From contig JAAOMT010000630.1 in NCBI GenBank assembly GCA_016748015.1, forward strand, positions 1 to 64,000: a stretch of 64,000 bases of DNA, in the 5' to 3' direction. Below the pieces are notes generated by a model, which made no database searches, was not told where the DNA came from, and saw nothing but the letters and a program-made list of their open reading frames with translations. This DNA is from Geosiphon pyriformis uo1 (lineage: Eukaryota > Fungi > Glomeromycota). The position numbers were made by a program, and so were the translations under genes. Of this stretch, positions 25,440 to 38,939 are shown in pieces (within the stretch, counting starts at the first letter, position 1; each line of letters begins with the position of its first letter).

Positions 25440-26313
25440 ACATTAAGAAAGTGTCATATCTGGTAGAAAACTTCTGGTTGTCAGCATTGTTTTTGGTGTT
25501 AAAAGATAGGCCACTTGGCCATGAACTATAAAATTGTTTCATCTTCTCCTTTTAAGGCTCTCAAAGTATTTAAACTGTATTTTGTCAGTTCTTTGTCTTA
25601 TGCAAAGACATCTGTTTCTCCTGTTCTTTCTGAATTTCCTCTTTTGGTGGCTTATGCTTCTTCTGTAACTGTTGATAATTCCTTGGTGTTTTTTTGGCTA
25701 ACATTTCTGAAATCTGATTTGGCCAAGCTTTTTGTTTTGGTTGAATTTATTGTTAAGCCTGTTGGCTTTATGGTTAAAATTTTTGAACAATTTGTTAATA
25801 GTAATCTTGTGTCTAGCAGTATGCTTGAAAACAAGGTTAATGAACTTATAGTATATTTGGGTATATTCAACAAATCTGTTGGTAAGTTGGAAAGAGAGGT
25901 GATAACATTAAAGACTGAGTGTGACATAGAAAATGTTGATTTGTTTAGTAATTTTGGTGCTTTAGTTGGAGTAAGTGATGAGGTGTTTGGTAAGTTAATA
26001 GCACTCTGAGAATTTGAATCTCTTGAAATTAGGTCTTGTCCTATAAAAACAGCTAAGTGGCTTGTTGAATTGGTTCCTAATAGTTTTACTTTGTTTGATA
26101 TAATTCAAAAGATGTCTATTTTGGACAAGTTTTCTTGTAAGTTAGCAGTATAGTATAGCCTAAACTGGCTTAAGTAGCTGGTTATATGTAGAAAGTATGT
26201 GAATTATATTTAGCTCTGGACTACTTAGTTTGGTCTTAATTTCTAGATTATGGTTGGACCATACTTATTAAATACATAATAATAATAAAAAATCAAAAAA
26301 ATCAAAAAAAAAA
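25440..26313 (+). mobile_element. L1 3' segment: CCHC knuckle, coiled coil, stop, 3' UTR, (TAA)n/A-rich tail
   Basis: CFWC*KIGHLAMNY knuckle; stop ~26153; conserved ~120-nt tail followed by AATAATAAAAAA. Confidence 0.82.
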
Positions 26314-28614
26314 GTCACTTTTTGTTTTCTTAATTTAATAATCATAATTAGAACAAAGAGTAAGAAAACTGCATCTGATATTTTTCTTGAAATATCTAAT
26401 AAAATTTCAACCAGAAGAGCTCTTTTTGTTGTAGAAACAATTAAACAGAATATTTTAGAAATTTTTTTTTATCTAATAATTGTAAAAAGCTGCCTTTGGT
26501 AGCTATTGAAGCAATTTCTTTATCTTTGGCTGGTTTTTTATCAGTCAAAGTTCCCTCAAAGAGACACACTTGGGTTAGTCCTAGTGTTGTCTTTACTTTT
26601 ACTAAGAGCCCAAAAGTATTTAATAATAGACCAGTTAATAAGCTGGTATTTTCTTCTATAGCTTTAATATCTGATGCTATTAACACCTTCTCTTTAAAAA
26701 AAATGATCAAAAAACCAAAAGTTTAGAAAAGTAAGGGCAGTTACTTGTTTTTGCTATTGTTACATCGAAATTTTTTGTTGTTTCAAATGGGATCTTTGAT
26801 AAAATCTCTATTATATTACTTGGCACATCATCTAAAATGGGCCAAGATCAACTACTGACTGTGTTACCAAATGTGGTGTCTTATGGCAGATTATGACCAG
26901 TTTTAAAAACAAAACAATTATCTTCTATGATGTTATCTGTTTTTGAAAACTGGACTAACCAAATAGAAACTGAATTATCTTTTCCTCTGGTTTTTGGTGC
27001 TGCTGCTAGTAGTGCTTAGAAAATCATTATTAGTTATCAAAAATTTGCTGGATAGGTGGCCTTTATTTTGGTACTTAGTGCTTCTTTTAAGATTAAATTG
27101 GCTCATGTTAAGGCTGTTTTTCAGTCTGTACATGGTTTTTTGGATGTAAAATCTGTTTTTAAGAACAATGTGAAGCTTTTTTGTATGGAGTTTGTTTCTC
27201 AAAGTTCTCTAGATGCTGCATTTTTGGTTGAGCTTACAAGTTCTGTTTACCTTGCCACTCTCAAAATTGCCAAGTCTCTGGTGGTTTCTAAGTCTGATTT
27301 CTGTTCTGCTGCTATTGTACTACATAATGTGCCTTTGAATGTATCTGCTGCTAATATTAAAACAGCTCTTGGTGTGTTTGGTAGTATCACTCATATTGTG
27401 CTAAAGCCTACTGGCATTTGGCAGTATGTGGTTGTTTATTTTGAAAAGTTGGGTTCTGCTGTGTCTGTTTTAAATCATTGGTCAATTTTGGTGAACAAGA
27501 ATAGTGTTAGGATCCTCTTCTTGGTAAATCAGAATAAAACTATTTTGTTTTATGATAGGTTTAAGGCCAAATTAGTCAATTTTCTTTCTGGCTGCACAGT
27601 TTTTAAAATTAGTAATATGATTTCTCAAGTTGGTGGTCGGACATGTTGCATTTCCCACTCTCCTGAGTTTGGTCATTATTTTCAGTTTGCTCTGGTTATA
27701 TTTAGTTCTTTGGTTGATTTGGATATTGCAGTACTAAAAACTGGTACACTAAGGAAGTGTTATATTTGATGGAAAACTACTGGTAATTGGTGCTGTTTTC
27801 AATGCCAAGGTTCAAATTATTTGGCTTTGAATTGTAAGATGTCTCTATCTCTTTCTCTTAAGGCTCTTAAGATATTTACCTCTCATGGTATTGGTGACAA
27901 GTCTTATGTCAAAGCTACTGCTTCTGTGCTTTTTTTAGTCTCTAGTATTGTGAATAGTTTGGCTTCTTCTACTAAAATTACATCTAACAATTCTGTGGTT
28001 TCTTCTTGGTTGACATTTTTGGAATTTGATTTGACCAAGCTTATTACTTTGGTCAATTTTATTGTTAAACCAATTGGTTCTTTGGTTGAAGTGTTTAAAC
28101 AGTTTATTAATAGAGATTTAGCTTCAAGTAGTAATATTGGTCTTGAATTTAAAGAGGTTTTAGTGCATATAAGTAATTTTAGCAAGGCTATAGATAAGTT
28201 GGAGCAAGATATAGTTGCTTTAAAGAATAAGTGTAATTTTATTAATATTAGTATGTCTGGCCCTTATGTGAATCTATCTGATTTTGATGATAATATGTTT
28301 TTTAACTTAATATTACTCTGGAAGCATGAATTAGCTAATGTTAAATTGAATGTTTTTAGAACAGCTAAATGGTTGGTAGATTTGGTCCCTAATAGTATTT
28401 TATTGTTTAGATTGTTCATAAGATGTCATCTTTAGATAAGTTTTTTTCTAGTGTATCAAACATAATATAGTCTAAACTAGTTTGAGTAGCTAGTTACATG
28501 TAAAAAATACATGAACTATATTTAACTCTGGATTACTTAGTTTGGTCTTAATTTTTAATTAATGATTGGACTATACTCATTAAAACTTTAATAAATAAAT
28601 AATAATAATAAAAA
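26314..28614 (+). mobile_element. Complete ORF1-only non-LTR element L2 (~2.3 kb)
   Basis: 5' end matches the L3 5' end. Single decayed ORF (RRM-like segments, CCFQCQGSNYLALNC knuckle, coiled coil), conserved 3' UTR, (TAA)n tail; no endonuclease or RT. Confidence 0.82.
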
Positions 28615-28630
28615 TCTTAAACCATTTTTA

Positions 28631-28665
<35 letters not shown>

Positions 28666-28836
28666 GACTGTTATTTAATTGAATTTAGTTTAATTTATGT
28701 TATTTAATTACAATTAATAAAATTCAACATTATTTTAGAATATTTTATTTTTATTAAACTATTATAATATTAAATTACTTTATTATAATAATCAAATTAT
28801 TAAATTGTTTTTGTGCTTTTTTTGGTTGTTTACAAA

Positions 28837-31048
28837 TTTTTTTTTTATTTGCATAATAAATGCAGTCCAAAAACAACCTAATACTATATATCAAATGAAG
28901 TGATCTAAACTAGGTATTAATCATATGCTTTCTACATATGACTAGTTACTCAAACCAATTAAAAACATACTATATTAAAGCTAAAAAAGAAAACTTACTC
29001 AAGAAAGACATTCTTTAAACAATCTCAAACAATATAGCACTATCATTAACCAATCCAACCAACCACTCAGCTATTTTAAAGATATTAGTCTTAATAACAG
29101 CAAATTTATGTTTCCAAAGGGATATCAAGTTAGAAAACATTTTATTACTCAAACCAATCAGGTGCTCTGAATTATTAGACATATTAACATTTTCCATGCA
29201 GCACTTTTTTTTTAAAAAAACCACTTCTCTCTCTAACTTGTCAACAACTTTACTAAAAAAACTCATATGCACCAAAATCTTATTGACTTTAAGACCAAGT
29301 TTACTGCTTAAGACCAAATCTCCATTAATAAATTGTTCAAACAATTTGACCAAAAAACCAACTGGTTTAACAATAGACTCAACCAAAACAAAAAGCTTGA
29401 CAAAATTAAACTCCAAGGGAGGAAACTCAGAAAAACCCAAAAAAACAAAAGTCTTTGCATAAAAAACACCATTCACAAAATGTGATTTAAATACCTTGGA
29501 AGTCTTAAAAGAGAAAGGTGAAAATACTTTACAGTTCACAGCCAAATGACCCACTTCTTGACACTTAAAGCAGTACTAACAACCAAGAGTTTCTTACTAG
29601 ATATGGCATCTTCTTAGAGTACTAGTTTTAACAACTGTAGAATTCAAATCAACCTAAGAACCAAATGTAACCAGAACAAACCAGAAATAATAACCAGTTT
29701 CAGAAGAACAAAAAATGAAACATGTTTAACCACCAATTTGAAAAATTATATTACTAATTTCAAAAGCTGTGCAATCAGAAGGAAGATTGACCAACTTGGT
29801 CTTAAACTTATTATAAGACAGAATAGTCTTATTCTGATTTACCAAAAGACGGATTCTAATACTATTCTTGTCTATCAAAACTAACCAATGATTTAAAGCA
29901 AACATTACAGAATCCAATTTCTCAAAATAAACAATCACATATTGCCAAATGCCAGTAAGCTTCAGTACAACATAAGTAATACTACCAAACACACCAAAAG
30001 TTGTTTTAATGTCAGCAGCAGACATACTCAAAGACATATTATACAGTGCAACAGCAACAGAAAGAGAACCAGACTCAGAAATTACCAGAAATTTGGCAAT
30101 TTTAAGAATAACAAGATGAACAGAACCTGTAAGCTCAACTAAAAATACAGCATCTAAAGAACTTTGTGAAGCAAACTTTACACAAAAAAGCTTTACATTG
30201 TCTTTAAAAACAGATTTTGCATCCAAGAAATTATGTACAGATTGAAATACAGTCTTAACATAAGCAAATTTAATCTTAAAAATAGCATCAGATATTAAAA
30301 AGAAGGCCACTCATTCAGCAAACCTTTAACAACTAGTAATGATTTTTCAAACACTACCAGTGGCAGCACCAAAAACCAGAAAAGTTGATTTAGTTTCCAT
30401 CTGATCAGTCCAGTTCTCAAGAACAGATAACCCAATAAAAGATAGTTGCTTTGCTTCTAAAACTGATAAGAATCTGCCAAAAGACACCATATTTGGCAAC
30501 ACAATCAGTGGTTAATCTTGGTCTATCTTGAATGATGTGCCAAGTGATGTAACAGGGATTTTATTAGAGATCCCATTTGGAACCACAAAAGAGTTTAGTA
30601 TAACAATAGCAAAGATAAGCAACTGTCTTCACTTATCTAAAGTTTTGGTCTTTTTGATCATTTTTTTTTGAAAAGATGGTGCTAATAGCATCAGATGTTG
30701 AAGCAATAGAAGAAAAAACCAGTTTGTTGACTGGTTTGTTATTAAAAACTTTTGGGCTCTTTGAAGAAGTAGAGACAATACTAGAACTAATCTAAATGTG
30801 TCTTTTTAAAGGAACTTTAACTGGTAAAAAACCAGCCAAAAAAGAAAAAGTTCCTTCAATAACTATCAAAGACAGCTTTTCACAATTACTAGGTAAAAAA
30901 AGACTTTTAAAATATTCTGCCTGATTGCTTTTACAACAGAAAAAGCTTCTTTGGTTGAAATTTTATTAGATATTTCAGAAAAAATATCAAGTGCAGTCTT
31001 TTTATTCTTTGCTTTGGTCATAATCATAAAATTAAGGAGACAAAAAGT
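28837..31048 (-). mobile_element. Complete ORF1-only non-LTR element L3, tail-to-tail with L2
   Basis: MTKAKNKK start ~31021, CFKCQEVGHLAVNC knuckle, 3' UTR, poly(A); possible decayed TSD (TTGTTTACAAA-like on both sides). Confidence 0.82.
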
Positions 31049-33420
31049 TTTTATATTGTATTTTTATTGTTTTACAAATTCTTAAAAAATAAAAATAAAA
31101 TAAATAAAATAAAAAATTAATATTTTATTAATTCTTATAATTAAAAGTAATAAATCTAAGTTATTAAAATTTTAAAAGTATTATGCAAATTGTATTTAAT
31201 TTTAAAAAAAAGTATGTAATTTTTAGTAACAAAAAAATAAAATTTAATTTATAAATTTTTAGGTTTTTTAAATAACTTTTATTAAAATAAAAAAATAAAG
31301 AAAAAAATAGAAATTAATTTTGGTTTTAATATTAAATAAATATAAAAAAATATATTTTAATTCTGAATTGTCTTTTTTTAATATAAAATTACTATATGTG
31401 TATTTTTTATTATATAAAATAGATTTTAAAAACTTGTTATTTTTATTATTTTTTAAGTTATTTTACTATTGTTAATTATAAATTGTTATTTTATATTATT
31501 TTATTATTATTAACTATTTGATATGATTATTAATTGCTAATTATTTTGTATTATTGTGTATTATTATGTCTTTTTGTAATTAGTTGGTTTTTTTACTTAA
31601 ATAACAATATGTATTATCTAAACTTATTTATATAAAAAATAATAAAATTTATATTTAATACTAAGAAATAAAAATTAAATTTTACGTATAATAAAATTTC
31701 ATAAGATTTATATTGCTAATACAAATTTATAATAATCTTTTTAAAAGATTAAAATCGAAAAATGCCAAAAAAATATTTCATAAAATTTTAATGCAAATAA
31801 ATTTATATTTTACATCTGAATTTTAAACTTATAATAAACATAAAATATATTTGTTTAATAAATAAAAAAACTATTAAAACAGAATTTTGCAACTAACTTA
31901 TTATAATGATACAAAAACCATGTATAAAAATATTACATAATAACAAAATTACTTAAATTAAATTTGGAAAAAATATTATTAAGATTATAACAATTCCAAT
32001 ATTTTTTAAATAGTAAAACATGTTAACTATTAAGTAATTCCAAATAATTCAACTATGCAAATTTTAGAAAAACTTTTAACAGTTAATAATAATTTTTAGT
32101 TATTAAATATAAGATTAGAAGATAGTATTACACCAACTTTTTTGAACAAGTAAAATTAGATAGTTATTTAATAGGATTGTATGCTAAATCCTAACTTGTT
32201 TTGCTTTTTCAACAAAAGATAATTTCTTAAAATGACCACATTAAGCGATACAGCCAAATATTGATTTGTTTTTAATTTGATAAATGTATTGCTGCTAGAT
32301 GAAAATGTGAATGTTGGAGTAAAAACATTTTTTGAACTTTTTAAAATTAAAATAAATTGATTAATTAGACAATAATATAATAGATTAATAAATTATTTTG
32401 ACCAAAATCAATATATACAACTATCTAAAAATATTAATTACATGAATATTAACACAAAATTCCTTCACTTTATAAATCGCCCTTTTTTGAGAAAAATGCT
32501 ATTAGATAAAACTACCCGGGGGATCTAATATACAGGTCTTTTATTTGTCGACGCGTAATGATATAAAAGTTTTTAATTTGATCAAATAAAAAACCATGTA
32601 CACTGCGGATTTTTCTGATTTGGTAAAATACTTTTTCTCATATATTTCAAAGCTGCTAAATTCTCTACACATTTATTTTTTCAGAATTTTTTGCCCAAAG
32701 AACTTAAAAAAATCTCGACCTTCCACAAATAAAGAAAAAAGATTAACGCACTTATTAGAGAGCTAAAGAATCGTATTTTCCTTATTCTTCAACTTCCATG
32801 TGTGCGAGCGCCTCACTCTGCTTGTATGGGGGAAAAGCGTCCGGACTTGATGATTAACTAACGCAAATGTTAAGCTCATCCTTCAATTTGCTAATCGATG
32901 ATGGAGATTTGATTTCTTTAGCAAATTATACAGACATAGAGTATGAGAAAGCAGTATTGGTTTCTTTTGCCAAAAAGAGAAATGCTCGATGCTATATGAT
33001 AATTACATAACTTTAAATCTTACAGTGGTGGGAGAGATCTATATTTCATATAAGGGTAGTGATAAAATTTATTTATAATGTTCGAGGGAACGAAAGCTTG
33101 TTTAAAGATATAATTATCTCTATCTGTTTAATTTAAACAACATTGTAGGTTGGTAAAAATTGTATCTCTTTAAACTTTTTATAGATCTATTAAACCATTA
33201 CAGAAAAAAATACAAATTCAAATAAAAAAAATACCAAGTATCACAAAACTTGCTATAAAATCAATATCAAGGAAGTGATTCAAGAAAAAATATTGAGCCG
33301 TTTTTTGCCTTTTAAAAGAGTTGAAAATAGCTAAAGATTTTTAAAATAGTGAATATATCTCAAATTGATCTTCCTATCCCACAACCTTATGCAAAAGAAT
33401 CTCAAGCCTGATCTACATTT

Positions 33421-34528
33421 TTACCAATGTATGACCTCAGGGAAAAAATCTTCTATCAATTCTTGATAATAAGGTTTCAGCTTCTCGATGTTTGGTGGTT
33501 TGTCATTTTTCGAGTAAAGATCATATGGGTTGAATATTTTTACCCATTTCATCATCTCATGATCAAAATCGGTCATCAAATGTTCATATGCGTTTTCACG
33601 ATGTTGAGCGTAAAAACTGTGATAACGTAGCACGTAACAGGCCTCGGGTGGTAAATATTTCTTTTAAAAAAGATTATTAAATAAATATATAATATTTTGA
33701 TCAAAAAATGCAAAAAATTTACCTTTACAACTTGATATATATACTCGTCATGACCAAAGGACATCAAGACTTCATCTAATCCACAATTTGGTTCATAAAT
33801 ACCATATAAAGTATTATAGCGTGGGTCATTACTGTCCGGATTGTTTTTAAAAAACTCGGGGTATATAATTTTTGATGAAAATTTGCATCCAACTGGAAAA
33901 ATGTCTTGAAAATTTTCATGTCAGTTTTTAGTAGAAATTTATAAATTATCAAGGTTCATTTAAGGAAATAAGTTACCTCCCACAATACACCATTGTCCCT
34001 CAGCTCCGTAAAACATCAATAATTTCCCAAGATCATGAATTAACCCTATTGATGTAATCAATTTTCGAAATAATAACAAGTGATATGTGGCGTTTTCAAA
34101 TAATGTTTGTAATTACCGACTAGAATGAGCCAACGTGGACGTCCATCTCGACGCAAGGCTTCAGCAGTCTGTAAGCAATGTTCGATTTGCGAAAGCTCAG
34201 TGTCAGGATCAGATTCATCGAATAACTCATTTAACACCTCAAGGGCCTCCCAAATTCCCATTCTACCCTTGTCTAATTTTTCGAAATGCGCTCGTTGCTT
34301 CCTAACTGATTCCACAGTTTGCTTCTCGTGTTGTTCCTTATAAAAATTTGCTACTCTCGGATTCGCGTGTACATAGTCACGGAAAGTTTCGAGTTTTTTG
34401 GAATTGGTCACTGTATTTAACTCTGGTGAAGCATTGAGAGGATATCGTTCAATGAAAGAATCATCGATCTGTTGACATAAATTTTCGAAGGCGTTTATCT
34501 GAGTTTGTGTAATGTTCAATTGTGCCAT
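33421..34528 (-). CDS. MIOX: myo-inositol oxygenase, 4 exons (34528-34117, 34045-33977, 33904-33723, 33660-33421)
   Basis: DESDPDTELSQIEHCLQTAEA, GLIHDLGK, VGDIFPVGC, MSFGHDEY, RYHSFY, FNPYDLYSK; GT-AG introns restore the frame. Confidence 0.95.
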
Positions 34529-34856
34529 TTTTTCTAGAAAATAATGAAGAGTAAACGAGACCCATATAAATAAGAGTTCAAACCTTTTTTTTTCCATGAG
34601 TCTATTTTAATAATAATAAGAGATGTTTTGTTGTTGACTAATTTTATTTAACAATAAATGATCGTAGTAAAATTAAAAATGATATCACAATGTTATTTTT
34701 ACCCCTAATCCATTTAAACAATAAATCACATGTAAAATTTAACAATGTTATCGAAAATAAATAAAATTATCAATTATATTGAGATAGATTTACAGAAAGA
34801 TCAACATAACAAAAAAACCATTAGATTATTAAAAAATACTTGTTGATCCTGGAAAA

Positions 34857-36236
34857 ATGTCCAATTCACCCATTGATCGAAAGGGGAAAGGAAAGGAGGT
34901 ATACCAGGATGAATCTTTAGGTTTGGCTCCTATCTTGCTTCCTTTGGCACATAGCGGCCCCCATCTCACCTCATTTTTTCCGGAATAGCAAGTTCATGTA
35001 GCGCTTTTCCCCAGGATAAAGTTAATGATCAGTTCGAAAAGCATTTTGAGCAACAAGTTGACTCCAACAGTTCATCTTCAGAGGTTGGGTCAACTGTGAA
35101 TTCAAACTTTGATTTCGAAACACTTCCTGAAATACAGTGCAGCTCAAATACTCAATTGCAAGATGAGGCATGGTATCGCGAGAATCATCCCAACGCATTC
35201 TTTGATTCCTCTAGCAGTGATAAAAGTTATGAGGAAGAAGAGGGTGAGGAAGAATTAGAGGGAAATAAAGCGGTTAACGAGAATGACAATGACGGTGACA
35301 GTGACAGTGATGAGTGGGAAAAAGAGGTTTACAGCCTTGTTATCTTTATCTTCATTGATCATTACAATTTATCCTGTTTATCTTCTAAAGTATTTATGAA
35401 TGAAAAGGAAAAATACATAATATTGGATCTTGGAACAGAAGTTACCGAAGAGCTAATAAATAGTTTAAACATTCCCTTTACAAATATTAAACGGCATATT
35501 AGTGGTTCTCGTATTATTACCTCACATGGGCGAAGAATGGCAACAAGCGTGGCCCATTATAATCAGTTTTCCGATAAAGAAGCTCAGACTTCAATACCAG
35601 ATTCTGTATCTTTGGAAAATCATGAAGGGACAAAGAGACCTCGGGAATCAAATGGCAACTTTGAAAATAATAGGGACGCAAGCCCTTTGAAAAAAAGGAA
35701 ACTCCGGCCACCTTGCAAATCATCTTTAAATGTTACTGATGGGAGACGTGAACATGGATCACGGGATCATGATTTTCAATTTGTGGTAGGTAATAAGATA
35801 GCCAAACTTTAACTTTTTCCCCCTATTTTCTGACCCTAGAAATTATACCAGGGATTAGATTGTGGAAAACCAACTATGAAAATTGGTAATAATTATTTTG
35901 AAGGTGTTATGGATGAAACAGTTGGAACCGATTTAATTTTTACTTTGAAGAAAGGTTGGAATTCAAATGTTTGAAAGGGAACATCCAAGGGATTTTAGAT
36001 TATTAAAATGTGGTTTACATCTTCAAACCCTTCAACTCAAGATCCTAATCCCCCTTGTCGTTCCACGCTCTCCTACAAATGTCATACCGTTAAGAAAATC
36101 CGCTTCACCAAGGTTAAAGTGGTACCCAAATGGAAAAAACCTCAAATTAACTACAGGAAAGGAAAGAACGTCGCTATAGAAACAACGGAGGATGATGTTT
36201 ATCGTTATGAACATGATTATGATGGTGATGATGATG

Positions 36237-36268
<32 letters not shown>

Positions 36269-36700
36269 GGTGAGCATGTCAACTTTGATGAAAAAGTATT
36301 AGATGATGAGGAAGTTGAAGATGAATATGAAGCTGACGAACACCAGTACAAAGACGAAAAGAATGAGGAGCATCAAGATGAGGATAATGATTATGAGGAT
36401 GAAGACGAGGAGGACTACTTGGGATCTCAAATTGGATTACGTCTAGGATTAGATGAGGATGATAATGATTATTTAATTTCGCTGAAAAGAAGGAAAACTA
36501 GTGAACCAACGTATAATGAGAGTTGGCAGGAGATTTGGACAATTGAATCGGATGAAGATGAAGATGAGGATGAGGATGAAGATGAGGATGAGGATGAAGA
36601 TGATTATGAAAACAACCAATTTGAATCGATGAAAAGGGTAAAGAATTTTAGCAATGAGAGCGAAGACTTGGTTCCAGTGAAGATTGAGAAGGAATATTAA
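34857..36700 (+). CDS. TFIIIC subunit 6 (GTF3C6/Tfc7/Sfc7)-like protein with long acidic tracts, ~5 exons
   Basis: Spliced motifs EKYIILDLG, GLDCGKPTMKIGNNYFEGVMDETVGTDLIF and LSYKCHTVKKIRF match the TFIIIC_sub6 domain pattern; GT-AG introns at ~34921, ~35327, ~35786, ~35955. Confidence 0.78.
36218..36270 (+). repeat. (GAT)n coding microsatellite (poly-Asp); second GATGAR tract at 36551-36606
   Basis: Read directly from the sequence. Confidence 0.9.
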
Positions 36701-37313
36701 ATAGGACTTTAGGTTTCAACTGATTATCGGATTATTCAGACCTGTTCTTTATCCAATCTTCAAAACATTCTATGCACTAATATCCCACTTATTTTATAGC
36801 CAACATAACAGACGTTTCCTTTGTCTCCATTTTTATTTAACACTTTATTGAAATATTTTATACTCGAAAAATTGAACAAAGAATAGTAATTCCTTTCTAG
36901 TTTGGCTTAGAAAATATTCTTAAATTTCTTTCAATAGGTTCAATAAACATGATATAGCTTCGTTTTTTTGTTAATCATTCATATAAAGTTATTGTGAATT
37001 CCTTAGATTATAGTCAATTGAAGCGTATGTGTAGTATATTCTTTCAAATAACTAAATAAACAGTTTCCTTTCTACAACTAATTTTGTATATTGAATAAAC
37101 TATGAAATCTTATTATCATTATTAAATATGTGTTTTCAAATTATGTTAATACAATTCAAAATAACCATTTTTATTTAAAAATACAAAATATTGTTATTGT
37201 ATAAACAAATATGTACTTAATTTGTTTTGGTTTTTCAAATAATTGTAATTAATAATAAAGTTTTAACTATATATATAATTCAAACCAGTTTAATTTTAAA
37301 GTAATTATGTAAA

Positions 37314-38345
37314 TTTTTTTTTATTACAATTTAACGAGTGCAGTCCAATCACTATCTAGTATACAGAACCAAGACTAGGGACACAATTCACACTTTTACT
37401 ACATGTGACCAGCCACTCGGACCAATCAAGGCAACACTAAGCACTTATATAAACAGCAATCTCACTGTCCAGATTTGAAAAAAACAAACAAGACTTACGA
37501 AAGCCAAAGCTAACTCCAAACAACTCATTAATACCAATTAACTTAACTATACCATCAGACAAAGCATAAACACATTAGATACAATCTTAAAATCACTAAT
37601 CAAATTATATTTTTTTATATTGGCCTTGTATTTGGACTTAAATCTTTACAAATTATAATAATAATACTTATTTAAACCATATGCAAAATTAATTAAAATC
37701 TAGACTGCTTCTTTCCAATTATTGAATACTTATACAGCTTTATGGTATTAATCCATAAGCACAAATTCCTTGTAGAAAAATACATACAGTTTAATATTTA
37801 ATAAACAAAAAAAAAAGATTTTATTACTACAAAAAATAATAGAACACAAGCTCTTATTAAGAATCTTCAAATTACAATTTAGTTAAGTACTATATTTTTG
37901 TAAAAATTAGCTTTTTTGAAACAAGTAAATATATGATTAGAGAATTCAATCTTTCTATATTGTAAACATAGAATATTTAGATATTTTTTGTCATAAAGTT
38001 TTTTTTTAACTATAACAAACAACTTTTTATGGATTGCTTTTATAAGATATATACACAAATTGGCTGAGATCTTACTAATAAAACTTAATAACATATGTGA
38101 ATTCAGATGCCAAACTGTAGTAGTTCAAATCCAGTTAATTTTTTAAACCATAAAGTTATTAACCACTTTAAAATTAAGTCTTGCTTTTTAGTAGATATAA
38201 CTTATTAATTTATATATATTTTAAACAAAATAACAAATATTATCAAACACTATTAAACTATTAGCCACAATATAATATTTATATATATTGCTAAGCAATA
38301 ACAAAAGAAAAAAACAAGCAGCTTTATTTGCCAAAGCATTAATAT
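37314..38345 (-). mobile_element. LINE 3' remnant a (ORF2 C-terminus, 3' UTR, tail)
   Basis: End of RNase H (ALANKAA), HKKL...LCLQY..IEFSNHIFTC zinc finger, stop at 37437-37439, 3' UTR homologous to L1-L3, poly(A). Confidence 0.75.
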
Positions 38346-38935
38346 TATTACTTATAAAAAAAATACAAAAAAATAGGGAAAACAAATCAGAAAAATAGGC
38401 CAATAGAAAAATAAGACTCAATATGTAAACATATTTATAAAGAATAAGCACATTTTTAAGAAACCATGTTATATTGTTTAGAAATAAACACAATTTTAAA
38501 AAATAGCATAGAAAAGAATAGAAATATGTAAGATCTTATATAACAAGAATTATGTATATATAGTAATAGTATTAAAAATAAGAAAATTATTTATCTATTT
38601 AATTCTAATACTATTTATCCAACTCATATTCAGACAAGTTTTTAGTTAGTTAACAATAAATATTCATAACTTATTCCTTTTTTTTAAAAGATAATATTCT
38701 ATACTTTAAAGTAGAATTATTTAAATATCAAATAAAATCATTGTTTTATTATCCAATTTATGTTATTTTCTTTATAAGATTAACATTTTCATTTTCTGAT
38801 GTTATTAGCAACTTATATTAATAAAATTTGCTACTTAATTACATTGAATTAATAACTCTTAATTACAACTATTAATAAAATACTAAATTTTTATTTTTAT
38901 TTTTTATTTTTTTTTATTTTTTTTATTTTTTTTGT
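38346..38935 (+). repeat. Truncated decayed LTR D1 inserted in LINE a
   Basis: T(A)TTACTTATAAAA start; closely matches the reverse complement of ~40180-40777. Confidence 0.7.
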
Positions 38936-38939
38936 TGTT

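Noticed and set aside
31080-32440. Possible further LTR/LINE remnants
   Set aside because: Too AT-decayed to assign boundaries or family by eye.
37395-37430. tRNA gene or ribozyme in the LINE 3' tail (A-box-like TGGTCCGAGTGG)
   Set aside because: No B-box or full cloverleaf, and no hammerhead or HDV core was recognisable.
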